Program-made: the position numbers and the translations under genes
Part shown: piece by piece, positions 25,470 to 37,440 of the stretch
How positions within the stretch are numbered: position 1 is the first letter of the stretch
Layout: each line of letters begins with the position of its first letter
The notes under the pieces: generated by a model
What the model was told of the DNA's origin: nothing
Seen by the model: only the letters and a program-made list of their open reading frames with translations
Databases searched by the model: none
Origin: Felis catus
Lineage: Eukaryota
Length of the DNA: 64,000 nt
Direction: 5' to 3'
Assembly (NCBI RefSeq): GCF_018350175.1
Contig: NC_058368.1
Location: forward strand, 90,088,001-90,152,000

Positions 25470-27615
25470 AGGGTATCAGGGAAGACAGTGGAGCAGGAAG
25501 CACCAAGACTTTTCAGCCAGACAGCTGAACTGGCAGAATCCATCTGGTGTAACTATCTTAGAACTCTGGAGCCTGTTCAAAGACCTGCAGCTTCCATAAG
25601 AATGCTTGGAAATGTTCAGTTAATTTTGGTCAATTTAAGATCGTAGCACAGTAGCAGCTACCCATCTTCCACCCACCTCACCCCACCCAGCCTCATGACA
25701 GGCAGCCATACACAGGTTCCTGGAATAGTTTACCCAGAGCTTGTGGGAGCCAAAGTGGACAATAAGGGCCTTATCTGCAAATTCTGGAGGATCTGATGCT
25801 TATTGCTGTTTCTGATCACAGAAGTGCAGATACAGAGGCAGGCCACCATTGCTTCAATCTGTACTGGCTGAAGAGGCTTCCAGGGGACTTCAAGGGCCTA
25901 TTGTTTTCCCCCTTCATTTCTTCCTTTTTCTCCTTTTAGAAGCTGGACTTTTAAGGATTTGGCTATTTAGAAGCAACCACATATACAAGGGAATTTAGAA
26001 AGTTACTGCACATGCAGAGAAAGGCATAGGCTCAGAAAAGACCCAAAAGGACCTTAAATGTATATCCCAGCCCAGAGGCACCCTACAACAATTTTTAAAA
26101 AAGAAATAGAGGGGAGCCTGGGTGGCGCAGTCGGTTAAGCGTCCGACTTCAGCCAGGTCACGATCTCGAGGTCCGTGAGTTTGAGCCCCGCGTCAGGCTC
26201 TGGGCTGATGGCTCGGAGCCTGGAGCCTGTTTCCGATTCTGTGTCTCCCTCTCTCTCTGCCCCTCCCCCGTTCATGCTCTGTCTCTCTCTGTCCCAAAAA
26301 TAAAAAAATAAAAAAGAAATAAAAAAATAAAAAAGAAATAGATAAAACCCTGCAGAAATCTCACCTCCAGAGTTACCACATTATAAGACTCAAACATCCC
26401 ATTTCAACAACAACAACAAATCACAAGACCTACAAATAAACAGGAAGGTATAGACAATTAAAGGGAGGAAATTAATCAAAGAAGCCATCCCTGGGGCACC
26501 TGGGTGGCTCAGTAGGTTAAGTGCCTGACTCTTGATTTCGGTCCAGGTCATAATCTCACAGTTTGTGGATTTGAGCCCCATGTCAGGCTCCACACTAATA
26601 GTGTGGAGCCTGCTTGGGATTTTCTCTCCCTCTCTCTCTACCCCTCCCTTGCTTGTTCTAAATAAATAAATAAACAAAAAACAATTGAAAAAAAGGTGGA
26701 TAGCCAAGAAAACTATGTATGAATAAAATAGAAATGTCAATAAAGAGAGAACATAAAAAGAAACCAAAAAGAAATCTTGAAAAAGAAAAATGCAATACCT
26801 AAAATTAGAAATGCACTACAAGTGTGTAAAAAGCAGATTTGAGCAGACAGAAAAATCAGTGAACTTGAAGATAGGACAATTGAAATTATTGATTCTGAGG
26901 AATAGGGGGGAAAAGATTAAAGAAAAATGAACAGAACCTAACAGGTCTGGGGGACACCATTAAGTAAACCGCAATGCATGTTGCTAGAGTCCCAGAAAGA
27001 GAAAAGAGAGAAAGGGAAAGAGATTATTTGAAGAACTAGTGGCCAAAAACTTCCCAAATTTGATGAAAGACATAAATATAAACATACAAGAAACGTAATG
27101 AACTCCAATAGGGTAAATACAAAGAGACCCACACTGAAACATATTATCAAACTGTCTAAAGACAGAATATTGAAAGCAGCAAGAGAAAAGTGATTTGTCC
27201 CATACAAGGAATCCTCAATAAGATTATCTGAAGATTTCTCATCAGAAACCTTGGAGGCCAGAAGGCAGTGGGTTGATCTATTCAGAGTGTTGAAAGTAAA
27301 ACAATTATCAACTATCAATTATATGTAGCAAAACTCTATGTCAAAAATGAGGGAGACATTAAGACATTCACAGATAAATAAAAGCTGAGGGAGTGCATTA
27401 CCACTATACCTGCTCTACAGTAAATACCACAGGGAATCTTTAGGTTGAATGAAAGGACACTAATTAGTAACTTGAAGCCATATAAACATCTCTGGTAAAG
27501 ATATATACATGGGCAATTATAAAATCCTGTATTATGATAACTTTGTTACTCCACTTTTTGTTTTCTATATGATATTGTAGACTAATGCATCCTTTTATTT
27601 AAAAAATAATTATTG
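25470..27615 (+). mobile_element. L1M 5' region and ORF1 remnant, interrupted by Can-SINEs (26110-26340 young type, 26492-26690)
   Basis: ORF1 motifs aatcagtgaacttgaagatagg, aaaacttcccaaatttgatgaaagac, gatttctcatcagaaacc and aaagctgagggag. Confidence 0.85.
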
Positions 27616-27616
27616 G

Positions 27617-28350
27617 TCTGTGTCTCCCTCTCTCTCTGCCCCTCCCCCACTCACACTCTGTCCCTGTCTCTCAAAAATGAATAAATGTTAAAAAAAAATT
27701 TTTGCGTGAAACAAGGAATGTCTGTTGTATTTTTTTAATATAGTTTATTGTCAAATTGGCTAACATACAAAAATTTTTAATTAAAATAAAGGGGGGCACC
27801 TGAGTGGCTCAGTTGGTTAAGTGTCCAACTTTGGCTCAGGTCATGATCTCATGATTAGTGGGTTCAAGCCCCATGTCAGCTTCTTTGCTGGAAGCTCAGA
27901 GCCTGGAGCCTGCTTTGGATTCTGTGTCTCCCTCTCTCTCTGCCCCTCCCCTACTCACACTCTGTCTCTGTCTCTCAAAAATGAATAAATGTTAAAAACT
28001 TTTTAAAAATAATTATAAGGGTGCTTGGGTGGCTCAGTCAGTGAAGTGTCCAACTCTTGCTCAAGTCATGATCTCATGGTTGTAAGATTAAGTCCCACAT
28101 CAGGCTCTGCACTGGGTGCTTAAGATTCTCTCTCTCCCTCTCTCTTTCTGCCCCACCCCTGCTTGTGCTCTCTGTCTCTCAAAACTGAGTAAAAGTTTAA
28201 AAAAAAAATTTTTAAGTTGGGAAACGAGGGGCACCTGGGTGGCTCTGTCAGTTGAGTGTCCTGCTCAGGTCATGATCCCAGGGTCATGGGATCATCCCCT
28301 TCTCACGCTCACTCCCTCTTAAAAAAAAAAAAAGAAAAAAGAAAAAAAGA
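27617..28350 (+). mobile_element. Cluster of four head-to-tail Can-SINEs (one 5'-truncated, two full, one short)
   Basis: 27617-27700, 27791-28010, 28018-28215, 28228-28350. Confidence 0.85.
27704..27768 (-). mobile_element. Very short 5'-truncated felid L1 3' end with extra 3' sequence
   Basis: Minus strand reads gtatgttagccaatttgacaataaactatatt-A7-26 nt; flanked by aaaaattttt repeats. Confidence 0.7.
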
Positions 28351-30129
28351 AACAGGAAATGAAAGAAAGATTATCCTCTGGGTCTGGGCCTTCCTTATAA
28401 TCCCACTTATGGTCCAACACTTGTCCCTGCAGACACTTCCCCCTGTCTCCCATAAAGGAGTTAGGTTTAGGCCACACAGTCCCAAAATGTCCAGCACTAG
28501 ATCCTGGCCGCCAGTGGGCTCCGGGTCTGAACCGCGTGCAACACAAGAAGGAAGGATGCCCACCTGCAGGGTGGGTCTCCAGGGAGGCCTTCCCTTCTTC
28601 TGCAGATGCCATGCAGACTGGCTGCCCCATAACTGTCAGGAGTGCCCCAGGACCTCCAGATACTGGGCTTGGAGACCTGAATGTGAAGAGACGGATGCAT
28701 CTGACAGGTGTGGGCTGGGCAGCCGGAGTAGGGGATGTGAGCAGGGACATGGAGGCAGAAGTGCATGCCTAGTTGGGGGAAGCTGTGACTCAGAAGCCTG
28801 CCTTCAGGGGTTAGGCCTCTTCGGGTCAGGTTCCCTTCAGGTGCATTTTTCAGTATGGCAGCGTCTGATTGGCCCAGCCTGTGATGGTGCCCACCCTTTG
28901 GCCCGCTGAAGGCATAGCCTTCCTGACAGTCTCACCAGGATGTTCAGTGTTCATTAGAGAGTGTGGTGGTTATTTCCCCAAGCAAAACCCTGGTGTTCTG
29001 GCCAGAAGGGAAAGGAAATGGATGCTGAGAAGGCAGACTCAACAGATGGAGGCACCAGGAGGGTGGACTTGGGTCCGGAACTGGGGTCTGGGGTGGGAAA
29101 GAGACACAGCACCTGAGGCTGGCACCCACAGGCCAAACACAATGTTTGGAAGGGCTGGCCTGTCCCAGGAGGGGCCGCGGTGATCCCTCTGCCAGCCAAG
29201 TCCCCTGGAGGCTGTGGTTTGGGGATGCCAACATCAGTGCCCATGTGGGCTGGTGGACAGAACAGGACCCAGGACCCAGACACACCTGTGCTCAAGTCTC
29301 AGCTCTGCTGGGTACTTAGCTTGTGAGCTGGGCACTGGCCATTCACTCTCTGAGCCTTACTTTCCTCATCTGTAAGATGAGAAGGCTAAGGGATGAGATG
29401 AGGGGGCAGGCAGGGAGAAGTCGCCCCATCATCCTTCCTGGGCCAGGACCCCAGACATCTCCCCTACTCCTCCCTCCCCACTGACTACCACCTGAATCCC
29501 TTCCACATGTATGTTAGCCACATCCCCTTTGCACTATTTAATCTCAGGCTTCACTGCTTCTCACCTGCATTACTGAGTCACTTGAACAGCACACATCTTG
29601 ACCAAGCACCCACTATGAATGTGCCAGGTGGGGGGGGGGCTGACCCTAGGAGTGCAGCAGTGAGCAACCCAGTCCCCTCCTAGAGGAATCGCAGCACAGG
29701 GAGAGCCACGTGGTGCTGGGAGGCCAGCAGGCAGACAGGTCTGGTGTGTGCCAAGGTCTGGTGAGTCACTCATCCCGGAGTGCAGGGGTCCTCCCCTGGG
29801 CAGGTCAGAGAGTGCAAAGAGTGGCTTGGCCACTCTTGATTGTAAGTCAGAGCCAGGCATCTGTGCCCCCTCAGTGACATCATCACAGGGTGGACATGCC
29901 CCTGACCCCAGCACCCCTTGCAGCCCTGGGATTGGTTCAGGTGTTCCTGGGGCCTGTCATCCTTGAGGCTTTGTTTGATGACTGGGCTGGAATAAAGGAC
30001 ACTAAAACAATAACAGTGGTGGGGGTGGGGGGATGCATATCAGTGACACCTTTTGCAGTGCCCCATTGTAGTCTTATCCACTCCAATATGTTTTGTATTG
30101 CGCTATGTGTGCAGTGGTCTCTCCTTTTT

Positions 30130-30304
30130 TTATATAAATTTTTAATGTAACTTGCTTGTTTTGAGAGGTGGAGGGAGGGACAGAGAAAGAGGGAGAGAAT
30201 CCCAAGCAGGCTCCACGGCGCTCAATCTCAGGAACTTTGAGATCATGACCTCAGCGGAAACCAAGAGTCGGACACTCAACCAACTGAGCCACCCAGGCGC
30301 CCCT
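30130..30304 (-). mobile_element. Can-SINE (internally deleted)
   Basis: Antisense SINEC lacking part of the body. Confidence 0.85.
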
Positions 30305-31059
30305 CTCCTTCTATACCATGACCGCTTCTGTGTTGCCACCAAGTCTTCATTACCCCATTATCGGTGACAACAGACACCGCACTAACAGGTGCATGCTAAT
30401 GTTCTTGTCCCGTCTCCTTTCGTTCATCATCTGTGGTGCTCTGGATTTAATCCCCTGCTTATAGTTCATGCCAAAGCAGACCCCTCTCCCCAGCTTTTCC
30501 CCTTCAGATGATTTTCTTGGGATGCGTTTCCAAGCATTTGACTGAGGTGAAAGGCGCTATCAAACTTCAGGCTATTGGCACATGGAGCCAGATCTTGTAC
30601 GATTCAAAGGGGCCGTGACACAGTACACCCGCCCCCCCCCCAGCTGTATTTAATGGGATGCTCCAGCATACCTGATAGCACCGGCTGTTTAATGCAGTCT
30701 TGTGCATTAATGGGTATAAAGCAGAAGCCTACTGGAGCCATATCACGCAGGTGTCTGTTCACACACACAGAGCCCCAGGCCCCCAGCAGGGCAGAAGGAG
30801 AGAATCGAAACCTCTCTTTAGAGGTCACAGGCAGAGCAGCCTGCCAGTCTGCCCAGTGTCCCCAGCCATGGTGAGCCCCTCAGGCTCAGACCCTGTCTAT
30901 GCCCAGACCCCCAGCCCCCTGCACATACACCATGCAGGCTGTGTTCACAGAAACACAGATTGGAAGACTTACTGGTGATCTCAAGGATTTTTCAAGGGAA
31001 ATTGTGACAATAAACAATTTTCCCATCATCACTGGCTTTTAAAAAAAAAATTTTGGTAG

Positions 31060-31250
31060 AGGCATGTGGGTGGCTCAGTTCAACTTCAGCTCAAGTCATG
31101 ATCTCATGGTTTGTGGGTTTGAGCCCCACATCGGGCTCTGTGATGACAGCTCAGAGCCTGGAGCCTGCTTAGGATTCTGTCTTTCTCTCTCTCTCTGCCC
31201 CTCTCCCACTCATACTCTGTCTCTCTCTCTCTCAAAAATACATATTAAAA
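31060..31250 (+). mobile_element. Can-SINE
   Basis: SINEC body with a deletion in the head. Confidence 0.85.
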
Positions 31251-31252
31251 AT

Positions 31253-31702
31253 TTTTTAATTGTGGTAAAATACACACAACATAAAATCTACCATCTTAGC
31301 CATTTTTAAGGGCACAGTCCGATGCTATTAAATACATTCATGTTGTTGTGCGGCCATCCCTGCCATCTATCCTCGTAACTCTTTACATCTTGCAAAACTG
31401 AAATTCTGTCCCCATTAAAGACTAACTCCCCATTTCCCCCTCCCTCCAGCCCCTGGCAACCACATTGCTTCCCCTGTCTGTCTCTATGAATGTGACTACT
31501 CAAGTACCTTGAATAAGTGGAATCACACAGTATTTGTCCTTTGGTGGCTGGCCTTTTTCACTTAGCATAATGTCCTCAAGCTTCATTCATGTTGTAGCAC
31601 ATGTCAGAATGTCCTTCCTTTTTAAGGCTGAATAATATTCCATTGTAAGGATAGCCCACATTTTGTTCACTCATTCATCATCAGTGGACACTTGAGTTGC
31701 TG
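31253..31702 (-). mobile_element. L1MB-like 3' end
   Basis: ttgtggtaaaatacacacaacataaaat...cccctggcaaccac...ttttaaggctgaataatattccattgt. Confidence 0.85.
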
Positions 31703-31717
31703 TATCATTGGCTTTTT

Positions 31718-32110
31718 AAAAAAATTTTTTTTTTGAGAGAGAGAAAGCAGGGAAGAGGCAGAGAGGGGAGAGAGAGAGAATCCCAAGCAGGCTCCACACT
31801 GTCAGTGCAGAGCCCGATGCAGGGCTCAAACTCACAAACAGTGAGATCATGACCTAAGCCAAAGTCAGACGCTTAACTGACTGCGCCACCCAGGTGCCCC
31901 TGCAACATTGGCTTTTAAAAATTATCCCTGGGGGAGCCTGGGTGGCACAGTCGGTTAAACATCCAACTCTTGATTTCAGCTCAGGTCAGGATCTCATGGT
32001 TTTGGGTTCAAGCTCTATGTCTGGCTCTGCCTGTTTGGGATTCTCCCTTCCCTTGTGCTCACGCATTCTTTCTCTCTCTCTCAAGATAAATAAATAAACT
32101 TAAAAAAAAG
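31718..32110. mobile_element. Head-to-head inverted Can-SINE pair (31718-31900 -, 31929-32110 +)
   Basis: Separate TSDs cattggctttt and aaaa(t/g)tatccct; ~30-bp spacer. Confidence 0.88.
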
Positions 32111-32272
32111 TATCCCTAGACATCTAAAGCATGGAAAACCATGAGGTGGTTAAAAAAAAAAAAAAAAGAACAAACACCCTCTATGCTGCCAAGGAAAGAT
32201 CTTCAAAATACGTTGTTAGTAAAAAAAGAGCTCAGGAGAATGCATACAATATTCTAATAAAGACAGAAAAGG

Positions 32273-32277
<5 letters not shown>

Positions 32278-32316
<39 letters not shown>
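32278..32316. repeat. (TA)n microsatellite
   Basis: Perfect TA run. Confidence 0.95.
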
Positions 32317-32321
<5 letters not shown>

Positions 32322-34006
32322 CTTCATCCTTGCATAAAGAAGCTCTCCTACAAGCAGTTGCTTATGGAACTGGTGCGTTGGGTGGGGGGGCTCTATCTTC
32401 ACATGGCTGTGTTTTTGCACATGGGCGTGGGATGCCCCCAGCACCCAGTACTTTCCCTGATCCCCTACTAGGTCACTCAACCCCTATCTCTCCAGGAACC
32501 ACAGCCTGGCTCCTGCCACCCAGGCACATACTCCCATGACCACAGTGTGTTGCCCCCCAGCTTGCCTAAGCTTTTGCACACACTTATCCCCTTGGCCTGG
32601 CAAGTCTCCAGACAGACTGCCTCCTGCCCTCAGTCCTCAGCACAGACAGCACCACCTGCCCCCAGCCCTTCTCTGGGCTCCTTCTCTGGAACCCCTGCTG
32701 GAGGAAGGAGGAGGCTGGCTTGTGCCCCCAGGGCCCCCACAGCCCTGTGCTCCCCAGCACACCTGCAGAAAGGGGCAGAAAGATTGGCGGAGCACCACCA
32801 TTCCCCTCTCCCCTCACCTGGGCACACCCTGCAGAGCACATGTCTCCATGGGACACTCTGCACACATTGGTCTGCTCGTGGTCTACTTCCCACCGCCAGT
32901 TCTGAGAGATCCCACTGAGTCCACGGCACCTAGAATGGTGCAGAGGGAGCCAGAGACTGCAGCAGCAGGAACACAAGCCCATCCACTGAGCCCCAGGCCT
33001 GGGCCCAGCCGAGGTCACAATGGGTAGCTGGAGGTCGGAGGGGTGATCCCAGCAGCCTGTCCACTCTTTGGGCATCCCTGTGGACCACGATGGTTCTGGC
33101 CTCCAGCTCCGCTCCAGCCTCCAGTGTGAGCCTGTTGCTCCAAAGAAGAACTGAGTCTGAGCCCACCCACCTCCCCACGTGCCCAGCATCCCGCATCCAG
33201 CCCCCAGTGGCAGTCCAGGCCTGGAGGTGATCTGGGGGCTTCCCAGCTCATCTCTTGAAGTGGTGGCATCCTGGCCTCCCCAGAAGGGCTTCTGCCACCC
33301 TGCCCTGCAGAGAGGTTTCTAGAATCACCTCCACCCAAGATAGTGGCTCATCTTTGAGAAAATTGGACTGGGATCCCTGGAGAGAGAAGGTGCTAGGTAT
33401 CCAGCAGGAGAGACCACGCTTTGCCAGCCTGGCATGAGTTCTGTCTTATGGAATTAGGCTCAGACACCAGGCCCTGTGTGTGGGGCAGAGCTGGCGCTCA
33501 TCCCAGAGTTGACAGCCACCCCCCCAGTGAGCTCAGCAGCCTCCCGTGTGCCCACGTGCACACCTGCGGCCTCCCCCACAGGTTGGCAAGAGGTGGTTTT
33601 GTGACATTTCACAGTTGCATCAGCTGAAAATTGAACACTTACAGCTTCGCCAGGGAGGTGAAAATAAAGTTGCCGCTGTGCTCAGGGCCAGGACTGTGCC
33701 GGCAGACATCCACGCTGGTTCCCACACTGCCAACCCCCACCCCATGCTGTGACCCAGTCCCTGTACACCCTCAGGACAGCCCTCCTCAGGGCTCCCTCCA
33801 ACCCCCAACCTCAGCTCTGATTCTGCACACCACTGTCTCTACTTTCAGAGCCAGGTCACCCAAGGGGTCAGGAAAGACAGAAATGGGCCTGGGTTCCAGT
33901 CTGCCATGGGAAATGCACAGGCAGAGTGAGCAGGGTGATGGGGAGACTCTGTTCCCTGGAAGGTCCCTACAGTAACCCTGCAGGACTCCCTGGTTAAGAA
34001 TGTGGG

Positions 34007-34510
34007 GGTGACGGCGACTGGATGACTCAGTCGGTTAAGTGACTCTTGATTTCAGTTCAGGTCATGATCTCATAGTTCAGGAGATCGAGCCCCAGGTTGG
34101 GCTCTGCACTTACAGCTCAGAGTTTGCTTAGGATTCTCTCTCCCTGTCTCTCTGCCCCTCCCCTGCTCGCCCTCTCTCTCTCTCTCTCTCTCTCTCTCAT
34201 TCTCTCTCTCAAAATAAATGAATAAACATTAAAAAAGAGGGGCAGCTGGGTGGCTCAGTTGGTTGAGTGTCCAACTTCGGCTCAGGTCATGACCTAACAG
34301 TTCGTGAGTTCGAACCCCACTTTGGGCTCTGTGCTGACAGCTCAGAGCCTGGAGCCTGCCTCAGATTTGGTTTCCTTCCTGGCTGTCTGCCCCTCCCCCC
34401 ACTCCTGCTCTGGCTATCTCTCTGTTTAACAGAGAGATAAACATTAAAAAACATTTTAAAAAACATAACATTAAAATAATAAACATTAAAAAAAAAGAAG
34501 AAGAAGAAGA
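34007..34510 (+). mobile_element. Two tandem Can-SINEs
   Basis: Heads at ~34010 and ~34238; (CT)n and A-rich tails. Confidence 0.9.
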
Positions 34511-35639
34511 CTGTAGGGTGACTTCAATGCCCAGCATGGGGGATGGTTAAACAGTCACAGGCTTGGCCAGGACTCACAGACATAAGTGCCCTGAAGGCTT
34601 AGTTCAGGAAGACTGGCCTACAGGGATATGCGGAAGAACCTGGGGGAGGAAACCCGGGTCCACAGCACACACACGGATGGGCACCTGCTACAGGCCAGCC
34701 CTTGACTAGTGCCAGCTCAGAGCACGTGCGCTGAGCCCCACCTGGATGAGGTTCGGGTGAAGTCACTATATAAACAGGCCACAGGTGGCCTTTCTCTGCA
34801 CCAGACACCACCAGCCACATCGCAAGCACCCAGCAGCGCTGACAAGGAGAATTTGGTGCTGCCCACCTGAAGTGAGGCCCAGCCTTGGCAGGGGTCACTG
34901 TAGGGAAGAAGGGAAGGCTTCACGGACGAGGAAGCATTTTAGCCAGGTGCACAGGGATAAGCGAGTGCACATGGCGGGAGAGCATTTCTGTGGAGGAAAC
35001 AGCTGGATGGGTCAGTGGGTCTGAATCACACAGAGTCTGGAGCACCAGGCTACACAGGGCCACCTGAGAGAAACGCACGTTAAACAGGCTCACACAATGG
35101 AGGAGTCCACACAGCAGCTTCAAGCACAGCAGGACGCAAGGCCCCACCCAAGGAACTCAGGAATGTGCCCACCTCCCTGGCTCCTTGTGGGGCCAAGATG
35201 GCCCGAATGGTGCCATTCTTGCCTGCTCAGGGACTCCAGAGGGAAGAGAGCTTCTGAGTACCACAGAAGTTCTGGGATTGCACATGAGCTCTCCAGTTTG
35301 GATCAGACCCATCCCTGAACTAATCGTCTTTGTGGCCAGGGGCAGGGGCAATATGCTAATTGTCCAAGTCTTATCAAAAGCAACCTTCATTGCTTTGAGG
35401 TAAGAGTGGAAGGGGTTAGTCCCTAAATGGCTTGGACCAAGAGTAGAGGGTGGCTGGTTCCTGAGGAGTGCTGTGCTGTGGGGCTAAGGATCCCTGGAAG
35501 GCCTCCCAGGAAGTGATCACTGGACTTGGGTGGACACCAAAGTGCCTGTAGGAGTCAGAGCCACGCAGCCAGGAGCCCGGAGGACCAGCAGGCCCCAGCT
35601 CAGGCGTGCCTCAACTTCTCCTTGTTATTACAGGCAGGC

Positions 35640-35816
35640 ATGCCCCGGACACTGAGCGCCTCCGACATGGTCACCCCAGGCAGCCTTGGCCCACCCCCCA
35701 CGGAGCCCACGGATGGCGAGCAAGCCGGGCAGCCCCTCCTGGACGGAGCTCCCTCCTCAGCTTCCCTGGACACCCTCATCCAGCACCTGGTGCCCACTAC
35801 TGACTACTACCCCGAG
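35640..35816 (+). CDS. RASGEF1C: RasGEF domain family member 1C, first coding exon (exon starts 35634 with 6 nt of 5'UTR)
   Basis: Acceptor ttattacag|GCAGGC, ATG at 35640; MPRTLSASDM...HLVPTTDYYPE; donor GAG|gtgggt; 177 nt. Confidence 0.95.
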
Positions 35817-35972
35817 GTGGGTGGCCCACTCAGTGGGGAGGAGGGGCCTCAGAGTGGGCTTTCTTCCACCAGGCATGGGGAGACAGTAGGGCTGGGGCTG
35901 GGCTGGGGCCTGAGGGCACATCCCTGCCATGACTTGGGGAGCACATGCTGCCTTTCTCTTTGTCCCCCCCAG

Positions 35973-36095
35973 AAAGCCTACATCTTCACCTTCCTTCTGA
36001 GCTCCCGCCTCTTCATCGAGCCCCGGGAGCTCCTGGCCCGGGTCTGCCACCTGTGCATTGAGCAGCAGCAGCTGGACCAGCCGGTGCTGGACAAG
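35973..36095 (+). CDS. RASGEF1C: RASGEF1C coding exon 2 (REM domain)
   Basis: cccccag|AAA; KAYIFTFLLSSRLF...DQPVLDK; AAG|gtgagg; 123 nt, phase 0-0. Confidence 0.96.
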
Positions 36096-36514
36096 GTGAG
36101 GGGCAGGGCAGGGGCCCTCTGAATACGCAGGCGCTCCCCTGACGTGTCCTCACATATCTGCATCTTGGAGTGGCAGTGAGTCCCCATTCTCCGGAGGAGA
36201 AGCCCACAGGGGTTTCTAACTTATCAGAGGACCAGAGACAGAGGGGACAAAGTTGCAACCTTTAACCAGGTACTGTTTTCCAATGCCCTATGGGAGCCCT
36301 TGGGCTTACACCAAGTCCAGACCCGGGCCCCCAGAGCCCCGTCAGTAGGACTCTTGCCACGTGGGATGGTTCTGCAGCCTCTGCTGGGCTTCCTGCCCTC
36401 CGCACACTCTGTTCCAACCTTCTCTCCTCTGTGGGGTCCGCTGATGGCCTAGCCTTCTTGTGGTTCCCCACATCCGTCCCTGGCCAGATACTGCGGGCTA
36501 TGATTATTTATAGG

Positions 36515-37055
36515 TGTGTCGATCAGGCTCTGCTACTACAGTGATAGAAACCCACTTGCAACTGGCCTAAGACAAAGGGATTTACTGGCTCATGTAACTG
36601 CAAAGTCTCAAGTGTCTCTGGCTCCAGGGGCTCAAATGAGCCGCATTGAAACCTGGTCTTTCTCCCTCCCACCCTCCGCCCTGTTTTCCTCTGTGCCAAC
36701 CTCACCCTTTCCCTGCACAGTGGCACGTGGCCTCTGCCGCCCTAGGCTCACCATCTACTCTTACCAATTTGGGTGGCCACAGCATGCCGCGTTCTAAATA
36801 GTTCCCAGTAAAAGTCTCTATCTCATTGGCTTAGCTTAGACGCCATGTCCATGTGAGCCAATCACTGTGCATGATGGGTGTGTACTGTGTTCTGATTGGC
36901 CAGCACTGATCCGAGTCCATGCCACGAGGCCTGAAGCTAGGTAAGCTGCCACTGAACCCCAAGGACTGGGAATGAGTGAGAGGGGAAACCCCCAAAGCAA
37001 ACTGAGATGTTATCACCAGAGGAAGGGAGACCGGATGCCCAGCAGGCAAAAATAA
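36515..37055 (-). mobile_element. MLT1K-like LTR
   Basis: agtgatagaaaccca...gatttactggctcatgtaactg...gagccaatcactgtg...ctgattggccag...ggatgcccagcaggcaaaa. Confidence 0.7.
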
Positions 37056-37302
37056 GAGAGGACTCTGCCTCAAAGGTGTGTCTGTCCCTGTTCCACGGTG
37101 GTCAGCCCCATCCCCATGTCGCATCCCTGTCACCTGACACAGAGAAGGCACGAGGCACACCTCCCTTGGCCACCAGCGCCGCCGCCTCGGTGGTCCAGAC
37201 CCCGGCAGAGGATGTGCGGTGAGGGGCTGATGCAGCGGCTGATGTGGCCCCGCCTCCAGGCACCCTTCACCTGGCGCAGACGCTCCTTGGCTTGCCTTGC
37301 AG

Positions 37303-37440
37303 GCCCGGGTCCGGAAGTTTGGCCCAAAACTCCTCCAGTTGTTGGCCGAATGGACGGAGACATTCCCACGGGACTTCCAGGAGGAGTCGACCATCGGGCA
37401 CCTGAAGGACGTGATGGGCCGCATCGCTCCCTGTGACGAG
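37303..37440 (+). CDS. RASGEF1C: RASGEF1C coding exon 3
   Basis: ccttgcag|GCC; ARVRKFGPKLLQLLAEWTETFPRDF...IAPCDE; GAG|gtgggc; 138 nt. Confidence 0.96.

Noticed and set aside
25470..27615. Possible intact L1 ORF1
   Set aside because: No long plus-strand ORF; interrupted by SINEs and lacking ORF2.
1..35633. Many 60-220 aa ORFs upstream of the first coding exon (e.g. 28256..28909, 32584..33189)
   Set aside because: No recognisable protein similarity or exon chain. Many start at non-ATG codons or lie in SINEs, as expected by chance in GC-rich intronic DNA.
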